DNA of 64,000 nt from Blastocladiella emersonii ATCC 22665 (GCA_025594325.1 JANHCV010000015.1:124001-188000), one strand, 5' to 3'; counted from the stretch's first letter, positions 11,911 to 23,463 are shown. Translations and numbers: made by a program. Notes: generated by a model from the sequence alone, not told the origin.

Positions 11911-12579
11911 CTACATGGCCACGGCGGCAACGGCGGCGAGCACGCCCGCGACCGCGACGACCACCGCGTTCCCGTGCGCCGGCGCCGCGCCCGAGAAGGC
12001 CGACGACGCGCTCGTCGGGCTGCTCCCCGGCGTCGCCGCCGACACGACCGTCGCGGCCGTCGACCGGGCCGCCGCGGCGGCGCCCTCGGACGTGACGCCC
12101 GCCGCCGAGGTCGCCGTCGAAGATGGAGCCATCGTCGGGGTACTCGCGGAACTCGACGCGCCGTCGGTGCCCGTCGCCGTCGACCCGCCGGAACCCGAGA
12201 TGGTGGTACGCGTGGCCGTGACCGACGACAGCAGCGAGCTGAGCACGTCGGCGGGCACGAGCGGCGGGCTCTGGAACGTCTGGCGGAACCCGGCGGGGAT
12301 CGCGGCCAGCGGCACGCATCGCGCCTCGGCGCACGAGGTGCACGACCGGTCGCGCACCGCGCACACGTCGCCGTTCACGCACGCCGACGCGCAGAACTTG
12401 ACCTCCTCGGTGCACATGAGGCAGTTGGTGCCGGACGCGTCGGGCGCGGGCGCCGCGGGGAGGGCGGGCGCACCGGGAACGGCGGGCAGCGCCGGGTTGT
12501 TGTTGCCGGTCTGGGCCGCGGCCGGCGACGCCGACGCGAGCGCGAGGATCAGGGTGGCGGCAATGGCGGTGAACTTCAT
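11911..12579 (-). CDS. Secreted, probably GPI-anchored Ser/Thr-rich protein with an 8-Cys Opy2-N-like domain (222 aa)
   Basis: Signal peptide MKFTAIAATLILALASASPAAA; CLMC-x6-C-x3-C-x5-C-x6-CTSC-x4-C; S/T stalk; hydrophobic tail NAVVVAVAGVLAAVAAVAM; TATA-like ttttatag near 12725. Confidence 0.8.
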   Translation of the reverse strand: MKFTAIAATLILALASASPAAAQTGNNNPALPAVPGAPALPAAPAPDASGTNCLMCTEEVKFCASACVNGDVCAVRDRSCTSCAEARCVPLAAIPAGFRQTFQSPPLVPADVLSSLLSSVTATRTTISGSGGSTATGTDGASSSASTPTMAPSSTATSAAGVTSEGAAAAARSTAATVVSAATPGSSPTSASSAFSGAAPAHGNAVVVAVAGVLAAVAAVAM

Positions 12580-13144
12580 CTTGGTGGTGGTGGTGGTGGG
12601 AGTAGATGGTGAAGGGGCGGGAGTGGTGATGCGATAAATGATGTTCTTGGGGGCGACCGACTTGTTGGACGCGGCGGATGTGCTTGGTGAGGGAGCGGGG
12701 ACGGGTAGGCGGGGGGAGCGCCGGTTTTATAGGGGCGGGGTCGCTGCCAGAGCACGGCGGCGTGCGGGCAGCGGCGGGGGCCGACCGCTAGAGCGACGGC
12801 GGGAAGGTGGAAGCAAGAAAGTGAAGGGCGGATCGAGTGTGGCGTGACGCGTGCGAACGCGGCGCACGCGTCTCGCACCGCGCCTTCCCCACGCCATCGG
12901 CCGATTCCCGCCTTGCGGTTCAGGGAAGGTGGAAGGTCGCACTCACGATGACTCGCCGCAGTGACGCGGATGCGCTTCCTCGGTGCCGCCATGGCGACTG
13001 CAGCTGCAGTCGAGCTGGATCCATCCTCTCTCCGCCGACTTCCAGTTCAGGAAACGGGTTTTATTCGCGAATGCACTCCTCCAAGGTCGATGAGAAACAC
13101 TCCTCGACGGGTATCGGGGGTCGCCGCGACGGCCGAGCGCGAGC

Positions 13145-14503
13145 TTACGAGCGCTTGGGGCCGGCCGACGCGCGGCGCGAAGCGTTCTGCTGCTGCGACA
13201 TCTGCTGGCCCTGGGCCGACTGCTTGCGGGCCTGCTGCTGGTTCGACTGCTGCTGCTGCTGAGCCTGAGCCTGCATCGACGGCTTGCGAGCGGCCTGCTG
13301 CTGCTGAGGAGCGGCCGACTGCGCGCGAGCCGCCGCGGCCTGGTTCTGCTGCTGCGCCTGATGCGGCGACTGAGCGCGCTGCTGCTGCTGCTGCGCCATC
13401 TGGTTCTGGTTCTGCTGCTGCATCGACTGCTTGCGGGAGGCCTGGGGCATCTGCGCCTGCTGCGCCTGAGCCGACTGGGCGCGCTGGGCCTGGGCCTGCT
13501 GCTGCTGCTGCGCGGCGGGCGCCTTCTTCATCGTGAGCTGGTTGTACGCCTGCTCGTACTGCTGCTGCGACATGCGGCGCGGGGCCTGCGCCTGCTGCTG
13601 CTGCTGGTTCGCGGCCGACGACGCCTGCTGCTGCTTATGCTGGGGCGACTGGGCGCGGGCCTGCTGCTGCTGCTGCATCATCTGCTTGGCCTGGGCCTGC
13701 TGCGCCTGCTGCATCTGCATCTGGAGCTGCATCTGCTGCTGGGTCATGCCCTGCTGCTGCTGCTTCTGCTGGGGCGACTGGGCGCGAGCGTTCTGCTGCT
13801 GCGCCTGCATCTGCACCGGCTGGGCCTGGGCCTGGGCCGACTGGGCGCGGGCCATCATCTGCGGCGCCTGCTGCTGCTTGGCCTGGAGTTGCGGCGACTG
13901 CGCGCGCACAGCGGCAGCTGCGTTCTGCTGCTGGTTCTGCATCTGCTGCATCGGCTGGGCCTCGGCCGACTGCTTGCGCGCCTGAGCCTGCTGCATCTGC
14001 TGGGGCTGCGCCGCCGACTGGGCGCGCTGCATCGACTGCTGCTGCTGCTTGGGCAGCTGGTTGGCCATCCACTGCGGGACGCGGGCCTCGTCGAACATCC
14101 ACGCGCCCGACAGGAACGCGTCGTCGGGGTGCTCGCGGACGGGCGTCGCGCGGTACACCTGCGCGGCGGCGGCGGCGGCCTGGTTCTGCTTCTGCTGCAT
14201 CGGCATCTGCTTGTCCTGGTTCTGGGCGGCCTGGGCCTTCTGCTGCTGCTGCTGCTGCTTGAGCTGGGCCGACTGCGGGCGGGCAGCGGCGGCCGCGGCC
14301 TGGTTCTGCTGGCCCTGCATCGACTGCTTGCGGGCCTGGTTGTTCTGCTGGCCCTGCTGGTTCTGCTGCTGCTTGGCCTGCTGCTGCTGCTGCTTCTGGG
14401 CCTGAGTCTGCTGCTGCATCATGTTCTTGGGGTTGGCGGCCTGAGCCTGCTGCTGCTGCTCGACGGCCTGGCGCTGGGCGGAGGTGATCTGCGTGCGACC
14501 CAT
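13145..14503 (-). CDS. Gln-rich low-complexity protein with 16 RxxS motifs, long variant (452 aa)
   Basis: Intronless ORF with strong CAG/GCC bias and a TATA-like element near 14600. One aromatic island: VYRATPVREHPDDAFLSGAWMFDEARVPQW. Confidence 0.85.
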   Translation of the reverse strand: MGRTQITSAQRQAVEQQQQAQAANPKNMMQQQTQAQKQQQQQAKQQQNQQGQQNNQARKQSMQGQQNQAAAAAARPQSAQLKQQQQQQKAQAAQNQDKQMPMQQKQNQAAAAAAQVYRATPVREHPDDAFLSGAWMFDEARVPQWMANQLPKQQQQSMQRAQSAAQPQQMQQAQARKQSAEAQPMQQMQNQQQNAAAAVRAQSPQLQAKQQQAPQMMARAQSAQAQAQPVQMQAQQQNARAQSPQQKQQQQGMTQQQMQLQMQMQQAQQAQAKQMMQQQQQARAQSPQHKQQQASSAANQQQQQAQAPRRMSQQQYEQAYNQLTMKKAPAAQQQQQAQAQRAQSAQAQQAQMPQASRKQSMQQQNQNQMAQQQQQRAQSPHQAQQQNQAAAARAQSAAPQQQQAARKPSMQAQAQQQQQSNQQQARKQSAQGQQMSQQQNASRRASAGPKRS

Positions 14504-14762
14504 GTTGAAAGAGAGAGGTGCTTAAGGGGAGGAGGTAGGATACAAGTGGTAGAACTCGATGTCGGAACAGCGTGGTGAGAGCGAGGGGACGCCCGAGCTT
14601 TATACGCTCGCCCCCGCTCGCTCGCGCCCGTGTGCCGGGCGGTGCACTCGCTCACTCGGTGCGCTGCCAGACTGTTGCGATGCACGGTGCGAGACAGGAC
14701 GACAAGCCGGCCGACTGACTGGCAGAGGCTTGGGAGGGAGAATGCTGCTGGAGACACGGAAA

Positions 14763-14820
14763 TGAAACGCGACGCGACTGGCCACGTGAGGCCAGCCCAA
14801 TCACGGGCGAGTGTCTCGCG
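14763..14820. promoter_or_regulatory. Cis-module: TGAAACGCGACGCG + CACGTG E-box + CCAAT + GTGTCTC, in the divergent promoter of the Q-rich and 4-TM genes
   Basis: tgaaacgcgacgcgactggccacgtgaggccagcccaatcacgggcgagtgtctc; a near-identical module lies at 47905-47980 on the minus strand. Confidence 0.6.
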
Positions 14821-15306
14821 GGCTGCCTCGCACGCCGTACCGCGTTCAACCGACACCGCTTTCCCTAACGCTCGAGCTTTAGAGCACCGAGCGGAGCACA
14901 TCGGAGGACAGCATGCAGAGAGCCCGCGTCCCACGCTCAAACCTTACGGTCCTCGGCACGAGCGCCGCCTCCGCCTCGCGACCAACCCTCTTACGCTGAA
15001 CTTCACTTCGGTCACGATGGCACACGTCAGGACGAACGCAACAATGAGAATGTATGAACTGAAACGTGAGTCGATCCCTGACCCGGACGCAAAGTGCGCC
15101 TGGAAGCGCACTCGGCCTCACCTCGTGGCGGCCGACCAATGGGCGAGCGAGGCCCAAGCGGTGCATATCCCGTGGCATCGGCACCCTCGATTGATTCTGC
15201 TTCCGGGCCGCCGCCACAGCTTCTTCTCCCCTTCTGCGCTCGCTCCCATGCCCAGCCGGCGGTTCAAGTCGTACACGCACCGTATCAAACCGCAACGCAG
15301 ACCACC

Positions 15307-16047
15307 ATGGCCGGCACCGTCCTGCATGGTACCATGACATCGAAGCCGCTGCCCAAGGAGAACCGCTCGTGCGCGGGCAAGCTCGGCTACCTCCTCGAGC
15401 ACCTCCTCATGTGGCTGGTCGGCATGCCGACCATGATCTTCATGTTCCTCCACGCGCTGGCGTGTGCCGGGCTCGGGCTGTTCATGATCTTCCTCGCACG
15501 TACGCCCTGACGACGAACCCGAAGACCCGCTACGGCGCGATCACTGAATCCGCTCGCCATGTATCATGCAGAGTCGACGACGCGCGCCGTGGACCGGCTC
15601 ACGTTCGGGCAGGCCGAGAAGCAGAATCCGGACAGCTCGTTCACGCGGGCCATGGAGAACGTCAAGTTCAGCGGCGCCGTGGTCCTGTCGGGCGTCCTTG
15701 CCGACGTGCTCGCGTACCTTTCGCTCGGCGGCGCGCGGAACCGGATCGTGTGGGCGGTACGTCGTTCCTGCTTGAGTCTCGGGCACCAGCAACACTGACA
15801 TACGCGTCCGTCCGCATCGTGACAGATCATGTGTGTCCTCGCGATCGGGATCCAAGGCTTCCGCGTGTACTGGCTGCGCGAGCGCGAAAAGTACGAGCGC
15901 ACGACGGCCGAGTGGGACTCGAGCTCCGAAACGGCGGCCACCGTCACGATCACGGCCGAGTTCATCGACCTTGGCTGCGTCGTGGTCGCGGCGATCGCCG
16001 GCTACTTTGCGCGCAAGGCGGACGAGACCGCAGCGATGCCAGTGTAA
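15307..16047 (+). CDS. Four-TM membrane protein of unknown function (exons 15307-15499, 15572-15756, 15826-16047; 199 aa)
   Basis: Two canonical gtacg..ctga(c)..cag introns give an open frame with four hydrophobic helices and high GC3. Confidence 0.8.
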
Positions 16048-16999
16048 CTGAAGCGAGTCGTGGAAGAATAGAAGTGGTTGCGAGGCTTTGCGTTGCACAA
16101 AACGCTCTACTCGCGACCCTGCGAGGCGGTTATCTGGCGCTCCCCTCGAGATCATGTTGCAACTGACGACGTTTCTGTGTAGCAGCTTCGAGCTGACTGA
16201 CTAGAAGCGAGAGGATTGAGCAGGGCGAGCCTGTCGAGCGCGGCGTGGACGACGGGAGCGGGAGGAGTTCAAATCTGCTTAGGGCAACGACGCCATTACA
16301 TTACTCAAACCGAGAAGGGTCACGATCTGTCAGCGGCTGCCTCGAAGCGCAAAAGGGCGGCAACCGCTGCCTTGCGGCACCAACAAACTCGCGAACCGCA
16401 GCGTGCGGACTCCATCTCCAAGGACGGATTGACGCTCTCGGAACGACCGAAGCGGGCGAGACGCTCGGTCTGATCGCTAACCCGGGACGCGCTGCGCCAC
16501 CCACGTGCGGCGTGCAGCAACGTGTCTTCAGCCGCGCCTTTGCCGTTGGCCTCCCTTGTTCTCGGCCGCGGCCATCAGGCATTCCATGAATCCCGCTCTA
16601 ACATGGCGCAACGCTCGACACCATGCATCATCATAACGATTCCAGGTTTACTTGGCGAACGGCGGCGTGCGTGCCGCCTGGCCTGCTGCGAACGCATCCC
16701 GCGTGAGCCCGCTGGCCGCGTCTGAGGGAGACGATCCGCATGCGCCTGTACGTGAAGGATCTAGGCTGGTATGCTTGCCCTAACGCGATCGTGACCTGGT
16801 TCCCGGCCAACTTGCTCAACCGACGAAAAGGGTTGCTGTAGCTCAAGAACGGGGGCTGGGTTCCTGCCGAGTAGAGCATGATGTCGAGGCGTCTATGCGC
16901 GACGGCATGCACCACAGCGAGTGCTTTTATAGGGCGGACCGAGTACGTGCTCAAAGCCTGCGCTCCTCGCCGTCTCACGCTCACGCTGAAGGACTAGAC

Positions 17000-18301
17000 G
17001 TGGCTCGGCGTGGGTCTCGACAAGTGTACGCCCTTCGGCTCGTCTCCTCTGGAGCGTGGACTCGTCGTCCGAGCCGCTCAGCGGTCGTCGCGATACCGAC
17101 GAGATCGGCGGCTCCGTTTCGCCGAGCGAGGTACGTTCGCGCGCCGTGGAGCCCAAAGGATGGGTGAACCAGCTGACATCGTCGCGATCGCTACGTGTAT
17201 GGCCAACAGGGCACCCTGCCTCGGACTCAAAACGGGCGTGCGAGCTCGGGGCGGTCGGGATCCAGTGGCAGTAGACTGCCCGCGCAGTACGATGGGCTGA
17301 CTTGAATTGCTGGACCGACATTTCGCGCTAACTGTACCACCCCTCGAGTAGCGCTGTTCGGCCTCGGCGTAAGCGTATCGAGGAGATTGCGGGTTCGGAT
17401 TCTACAAGAAGGAGCGTTGACGATGGCCGCGCCCCCACGTCACCGTACGAGCTCGTACGGATGACAACCACCTCTTGGCGCTGCTCACTCACACGGCCGC
17501 TTCGCGTAGATCTTCCGCACCGGAGAGCCCGCCAACAAGTCAAGGTTCCTCGCCGCCTTCATCATCGAGTGCCGTCGCACCATGGCCATCGCGACCAAGG
17601 ACGATCGAGTACGAGTACAGGTACGCATTTTCGGCGGCTAGCAGCATCAACCAGCTGAGCTGACACCAATCCCTGCGCAGCGCCGCGCACGACCATTTCC
17701 CGAGCACAGCACGTGCCGTCAAGGTTGGCAAGTCGCCGTGGCTCGTCAAGCTCCACGCCTGTTCTGGCGCGCGAGCTGTGTGACGGCCGCCAAGGTGACG
17801 ACGCGGGATCAAGGGTACGGATCCGCTCACGCTCGGTTCTGCATGGACCGCGGCTCACTCAATCGATACGGACGATGCAGCTCGCGACCTCAATTGCGTA
17901 GTCGTCGGCATTCTGGACGGTGACGCGCTTCCACTCAAAACGGACAAGGTCAAGACCAACGACGTGACGTGCGTACGCCTTTGCGATCTCGGCACCGTGG
18001 CTTCCGTGGAGGCCGGGACTGGCGACACGAGACGCGGGATGCTGACGCTTTGCGCTGCGCCGTGCTGCACTTCTAGGCCAAGATCCACCACCGGCATCCG
18101 CCGTGTCGTGCGGGCCGAGGCCACGACGACTCGGCGGTGCCTGCTCCGCTTCGAGCTCAAGTTTGAGAGCGCCAACATTCCCAACCCTCAACTCAAACCG
18201 CTGCGGGACGGCATCGGTACGGCCCTGCGTCATGTTCAGCTGCCGCTCTCGTTCACGGCTCATTCTCTTGTTACTCACGTCCGTGTGTAGCACCAACTTG
18301 A
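17000..18301 (+). pseudogene. Decayed multi-intron gene not visible in the ORF track
   Basis: Seven intron-like segments: 17131-17209, 17287-17351, 17455-17509, 17621-17680, 17815-17880, 17969-18076, 18217-18290. Exon phases are mostly consistent (PYELIFRTGEPANKSRFLAAF, RDLNCVVVGILDGD, RCLLRFELKFESANIP). Repair needs about one frameshift, and two TGA stops remain. Confidence 0.45.
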
Positions 18302-18726
18302 CAGCTGCAGTCGCACTACTTGCCACGCGCAACGCCACCACGGGTTTGAGCGCGTAACGTTCTGGGACCGTACTGCGTTGGAGAGTTCGCCGAGCTGCAG
18401 CCCGGTGCCCCGCTCGCCGCCAAACGACGCGTTCGTGCCGTGGACTCGCAGGGCGCCACGGTGGCGGCATCGCGCGGTGGTCGTGGCCGTAGCAGTCCGT
18501 TGCCGTTGCTAGACAGCGGCAATACCGCTGAGTATGTGCGCAACGAGGTCGTTGAGCAGCTGAACGGTTACGACGGCCGAGCGCGTGTCAGCTATGTTGC
18601 CCTGATCCTTCTCATGAGCTGCGACTGTGGCGCAGCGCCAGGTAGGCTTCATCAGGTGAGTGGCGCAGCACGTCCACGTTGGGCGTGTCCCCGCTGCTCC
18701 TGACCTTGCATTCCACCCATCACCTC

Positions 18727-19689
18727 TCAACTGTTCCTACCGTACCTCAAACCCGGCGACTGGGGACCAAGTCGCGCCGAGGAAGAGAGCAGGGTGAAAG
18801 AAAGGGGAGCTTTTTGCGCAGTGACCAACATTCCGACTGGGAGCGAGTGGACCATGGGTACAGGCTGGGCACAGGTGAAGTTGGGGACAAACTGGCAAGC
18901 GACACGGCAGAGCGTTGAGGGACAAAGACCCGGCACGTTGAGCAGCAGGCATTGATGGGCGGGGTGGTGAGGGAGACGATGATGTTGGACAAGAGTCAGG
19001 GGCGGCGGCCCTTGGACAGCGAGCAGCGGAGCCGTGGTTGCGTCAAGTGCGGCTGTTAGAGCTGGAACGCCGACGTGGAGAGCTGCGCCTGAAGTCGAGC
19101 GCGAGGAAAAAGGGTCAGCTCGTAGTTCAGTACAGCGAACGGAGCGGTAAGAGCGTGCCGAGTGGCGCTGGGTCTCGCCGACTTTGGACATACCGTCAGC
19201 CAGCGAATCCGGCGACGAGCCGCTGCCGCTGCCCTGCTCGGCCGACATGAAAATAACCTGGGACGACTTGCCAGGTCCGCGCGTAGCCTCCTTGGTCGGC
19301 ACCTTGAGCTGGGGGGCCGACGCGGCTGCATCGATGGTGCTACAAAGGACAACGAGTCAGCGTGCTGGATGTCAAAGGCGCCGAAATGACGCCATGTCCC
19401 CGCAGGGCCCGAGGCGCGCCTCCAGCTGTCCAGTCAGCGTAGTCGCCCGCTCTTCCGCAAACATGAGCTTGTTGGTGAGGCTGGTGTTGGTTGCGGCGGC
19501 CTTCTCCTCGCTGACGACGGCGTTGACGGTGACGGCGATGAGCATGCGCCAGGCCTCGTCCGAGTAGCCCGCGGGGGCGCAGTCAAGACTGACGCTGTCG
19601 CCGTTGGGGACGGGAGGCAGGCGCGCCGCCTCGGCGACCTTGGCGAGCTTGGTCCAGGCGCGCGGGATGAGGTCGGCCGGGACGTACAT
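18727..19689 (-). CDS. Orphan spliced gene (probably 3 exons) starting MYVPADLIPRAWTKLAKV
   Basis: High-GC3 first exon. The second intron is canonical (gtatgt..gctgac..cag) and keeps the frame. The first intron has a good acceptor but a weak donor (gtcatt). Confidence 0.45.
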
Positions 19690-20858
19690 GGCGGGCAATG
19701 CGTGGTGCACTGAGTACAAAGGGGACGAGGATGATTGAGAGCGAGGAAGACGGCGCAGGCGAGGGCGCGCGCGCGGGCGAGGTCAGGTGCGCGGTGAAGC
19801 AAGCAGACCACGCAAGGGCAAGGCGCGAGGCGATCTCGCGGGGAAGCACCGTCTTGACTTGTGTCACAAGGCCGAGGTGGCCTCAGGGCGTGACGCGCTG
19901 GCTAAACCGCACGCGCGCGGTTGTCACACCGCTGCCAACCGACGCGCCAAAAGTCGTTCCCTGCCATCGCCAATAGCGATAAGCCCGCGCTGTTTCTGCC
20001 GGTCGTCGCAGAGGCTTTGAGAGCGAGAACAACCGCGCGGGCCCTGGTCGCGGCGGGGATCCGGTTTGCATGAAGTTGCATTGAAGCTTCGAGACAATAC
20101 TCTGCACACGCATACGCACACGCACCCCGCGCTGCGCCCTCGTCAGCAGCCGCACTTGCACACACAGCACCGCCGCCGCTCAAACGCATCCGCGACGGCC
20201 CACGCAGGCGGCAGCAGCGGCGGTCCTTCGACCCGCTCGACGAGTTGAGTGGGGTGCAAGGCCTCGTTCGCGCGTGCTGCTGCGGCCGGACGTCAGTCGG
20301 GCCGTCGCGGCTAGGGAAGGCGGTCGGGGGTCGGGGCTCGGAGGTTCGGTGCAACATCACACAAGTCGGCTCGCGGGGACCCACAAGCGAGGCCTCGGTC
20401 TGCCCAGCTTCTCGTTGCATGCACTCGTAAAGAATGCAGGAGTGGTTATGTTCGAAACTGTGCCGGTCGGGGCCCTTGGCGGGCGGCAGCGGGCGCCGAC
20501 AGGCAGGCCGACAGGCAGCCTGACAGGGGAGGAGCAATCTGGGAGCCCGCGTCACGTGGAACTCACTTGATGTCTCGCACTGTCTCGCGCATCATCATCG
20601 GCGCCAGCAAGCCTCCGGCACCCCGATGCCGCGGAAAAGTTCATGCCGCCTGGCCACAACGGGTGGGCTCCGCGGCGACCTACAAAGGCCCTCCTGCCCC
20701 CGTCCCCGCCCCCGCTCACCCCTCAACATCGCTCCAACGGCCGATTCACACCGCCATCTCCTTTAGTATGTGTAAGCCTATTGTTCACGAGTTTGCTAAC
20801 GCTACCTTGTCTCTTCGCGCGCTCCTGTAGTCCGCTTCTCAGCAACCATCCTGCGCAC

Positions 20859-21374
20859 ATGCTTTCAACTACGCTGTCCGAGTTCAGCAAGCCGCACGAC
20901 TCTGCGCGTCCTCTGCGTAGAGTGCGTCACGCGCCGATGCAGCTCGAGGCCGTCGAGCGGCTTGAATCACTCGTGCTTGTCAAGTCGGCCGACCTGTCCA
21001 AGCTCACCAACTTATCGCGCAGGCTCGCTCAGTGCGCGCAGTCCAACAACGAGCCAACCTGTATTCCAACTGTAGACGCTCACGGCGGTTTTACCACTCT
21101 TGTTGGAGTGCTTGAGTCCCTGCTCCCAGCTCTCCTTGCTGTGGACACACACGCAATTCGTCCCAAGACGGTCGAATTCTCTATCCACACACGGAATCGC
21201 GACGACAAGAAGGTCATGGCCGTGGCGAAGGAAATTCTCGATGAACACAACAACCGCGAATTGATGTACCGCCAGAGAATGGCGGAATTCGACAAGGAGT
21301 TGGCTGACATTGAGGCGCGCTACGCTCGGATGCGGCAATCGATTTTCGGCTCTTGCCTCGTCATCGCGAACTAA
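20859..21374 (+). CDS. Orphan family member A (171 aa; N-terminal shared domain plus C-terminal coiled coil)
   Basis: Shares ARPLRxVRxAP..ESLVxVKSxDLxKLT..LExxLPALLAVDT with B. 5'-UTR intron 20766-20830 (gtatgt..gctaac..tag). AT-rich tract after the stop. Confidence 0.7.
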   Translation: MLSTTLSEFSKPHDSARPLRRVRHAPMQLEAVERLESLVLVKSADLSKLTNLSRRLAQCAQSNNEPTCIPTVDAHGGFTTLVGVLESLLPALLAVDTHAIRPKTVEFSIHTRNRDDKKVMAVAKEILDEHNNRELMYRQRMAEFDKELADIEARYARMRQSIFGSCLVIAN

Positions 21375-21756
21375 AAGTATTATATATTTCCCTTATACCC
21401 TTGGATATCCCTGCGTTTATCTCCCGCAACTCCTTCCTACAATATCTAAAACATCGCTTCTTTGTTGCTCTGTTGCTGAGGTCGTCCTTGCGCCCCCATA
21501 ATTCAATGTGGAAAGCGAGCTCCGTCGTAGCCTAGCGATAGGAGGTCAGTTTATTACTCTGTCACTTTTCGGCACTGCGCTCGGCCCACAACGACCTGTA
21601 CAACGACATATTCGTCGCCTTTCTCGACCCGCACATGTCGTCCTTGTGTGCGGAAGCTGGGGCCAACCTTGCCGCTGCCGCGAGAACTGAACATTCGCTC
21701 AATTCACAGTTAACGTTCATCGAATCTCAGACTACTTGGCTCACGACTCCGGGGAT

Positions 21757-21848
21757 GTGTTTGAACCGGAACAAATGCAATCAGATCAGTGATGGAACCA
21801 CTGATGCGCAAAGCGTTGCGCCACACCCGTGTCGGTGTCGCGAGACCC
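21757..21848 (+). repeat. ~92-bp element with two dyads, copy 1 (copy 2 at 23464-23555; partial core at 22277-22292)
   Basis: gtgtttgaaccggaa..atcagtgatggaaccactgatgcgcaaagcgttgcgccacac..gtcggtg vs gtgcttgaaccggaa..atcagtgatggagcgactgatgcgcgacgcgttgcgccacac..gtcggtg. Confidence 0.75.
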
Positions 21849-22735
21849 AAATACTCTTCCTGATGCGCGAGAGTGTACTGACGACTGGAAATCGTCAAAA
21901 AATGCGTTCCGTGCGGGCATGCGCCAGTGCGCGAGCTCCCGCGAGGAGCCTGATCGGTGCACCTTGGTAGTTGAAATCCATTCTAGCGATTGGGATCGAG
22001 TGCTTCTACAATGCCTGTCCACGCGGGCGTGAAAGGTGCGCGTGTACGATGAATAGGTACGACTCGGGATCAAGACGCTGAGATCAGTGAACTTGTCGCT
22101 CAAACCGATAACGAGTATGAATCGTCGCATCGGGATCCACCACCAACTACCGTCGCAAAGCCTTAACGTTCACCCGATCCCGGTGGTAAAACACCATCTC
22201 CGGGGTGGAATCAGATTCTTAGGAGCAAGCGCTGTACGAAAGAAGCCCGGAGGGATGAAATGCAAGACGGCACGAGACGCGTTGCGCCACACACGTGTCA
22301 TAGCCCACACGCGTCCGCCGTGGTCCCATTCTCCCGGTTCAGACGTTCGGGCATACTCCCGCCTCACGAAAAATTGTTGGATATCGGTGCGCAACTTCCA
22401 AACCCTCGCTGAAACGAAATGCGGGTGTGATCCTCTCACAGGCATAACTGCGATGAACACAGACTGACGAATATCGAGGCCTGCTGCAGCTATCCAACCA
22501 TCTCCACATTTCAAGCTCCTTTACCATTAACCTAAATATATGCTGCAGTTGCGCTTCGAGCAAGCCGCTCAAGATTCTGCCACGTGTGTTGCGCGAACTC
22601 CTCAATAGATACATTCTCCCCGGTTGGCGCGGAACTCTCGCAAGCGCCGTGAGCTGCCAAGTTCCGCTCTTGGTGCTACTACCTTCACGGCACAAAACCG
22701 GCATTCAGCACCGAAATCTCAACAAAGAGCCCCGA

Positions 22736-23242
22736 ATGATGCACGCTTCCCCGGGAGATAACAAAGCCCACGGCTTCGCGCGCCCTCTCCGAAATGTGCG
22801 TCCCGCCCCGGCACAGCCCAAGGTTGCTGTGAAATCCGAGTCGCTCGTATGCGTCAAGTCGGGCGATCTGTTCAAGCTGACCGCCATCGCACGCAAGCTC
22901 ACACCGTACGCGTTGGGTGGTACCGAGACGGAACCGGTACCTACTTCTGTCTCGGTTAGCGAGTTTCCTCAGCTAGTCGACACGCTCGAAACGATGCTTC
23001 CGGCACTGCTGGCCGTGGACACGCAAGTGGTTGCCTTGGCAGCAGCCAAAGCACGCCGCAAGGCCGAACACGCCCGGGTCAAAGCTGCGAAGCGGAAGGC
23101 GTTCTTTGACCAGCACCGGAAGCAAATGGAGGAATTTCACCAACAGATGCAGGAGATGAAGAAGAAACTGGCCGCCGTGGAGGCCTATTTCGGTATTACA
23201 ACCCGTCCGCTTCGCAAAGAATTGATGGTCCCTGTGACTTGA
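22736..23242 (+). CDS. Orphan family member B (168 aa; shared domain plus coiled coil)
   Basis: KAHGFARPLRNVRPAP..ESLVCVKSGDLFKLT..LVDTLETMLPALLAVDT; heptad-like tail QHRKQMEEFHQQMQEMKKKLAAVE. Confidence 0.7.
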   Translation: MMHASPGDNKAHGFARPLRNVRPAPAQPKVAVKSESLVCVKSGDLFKLTAIARKLTPYALGGTETEPVPTSVSVSEFPQLVDTLETMLPALLAVDTQVVALAAAKARRKAEHARVKAAKRKAFFDQHRKQMEEFHQQMQEMKKKLAAVEAYFGITTRPLRKELMVPVT

Positions 23243-23463
23243 TTTGCCCAAAAACGCCGCTGTCACTATGCAATACCCCCCAAATCTCGCTCAATACACT
23301 GGAGTATCTCTCTCGAGCTGGTCCAATGACAACGAAAGCTTTGGCAAGAGTAAGTCAGAGAATCCAGCACCGCACATGGCTTCCGGAATTGAGCTCAACC
23401 ATTAGTGCTGCGAAACCCGTCAAACGCGCGACCATGGACGCGCCGCGCCCCCCACGTTTCTCG

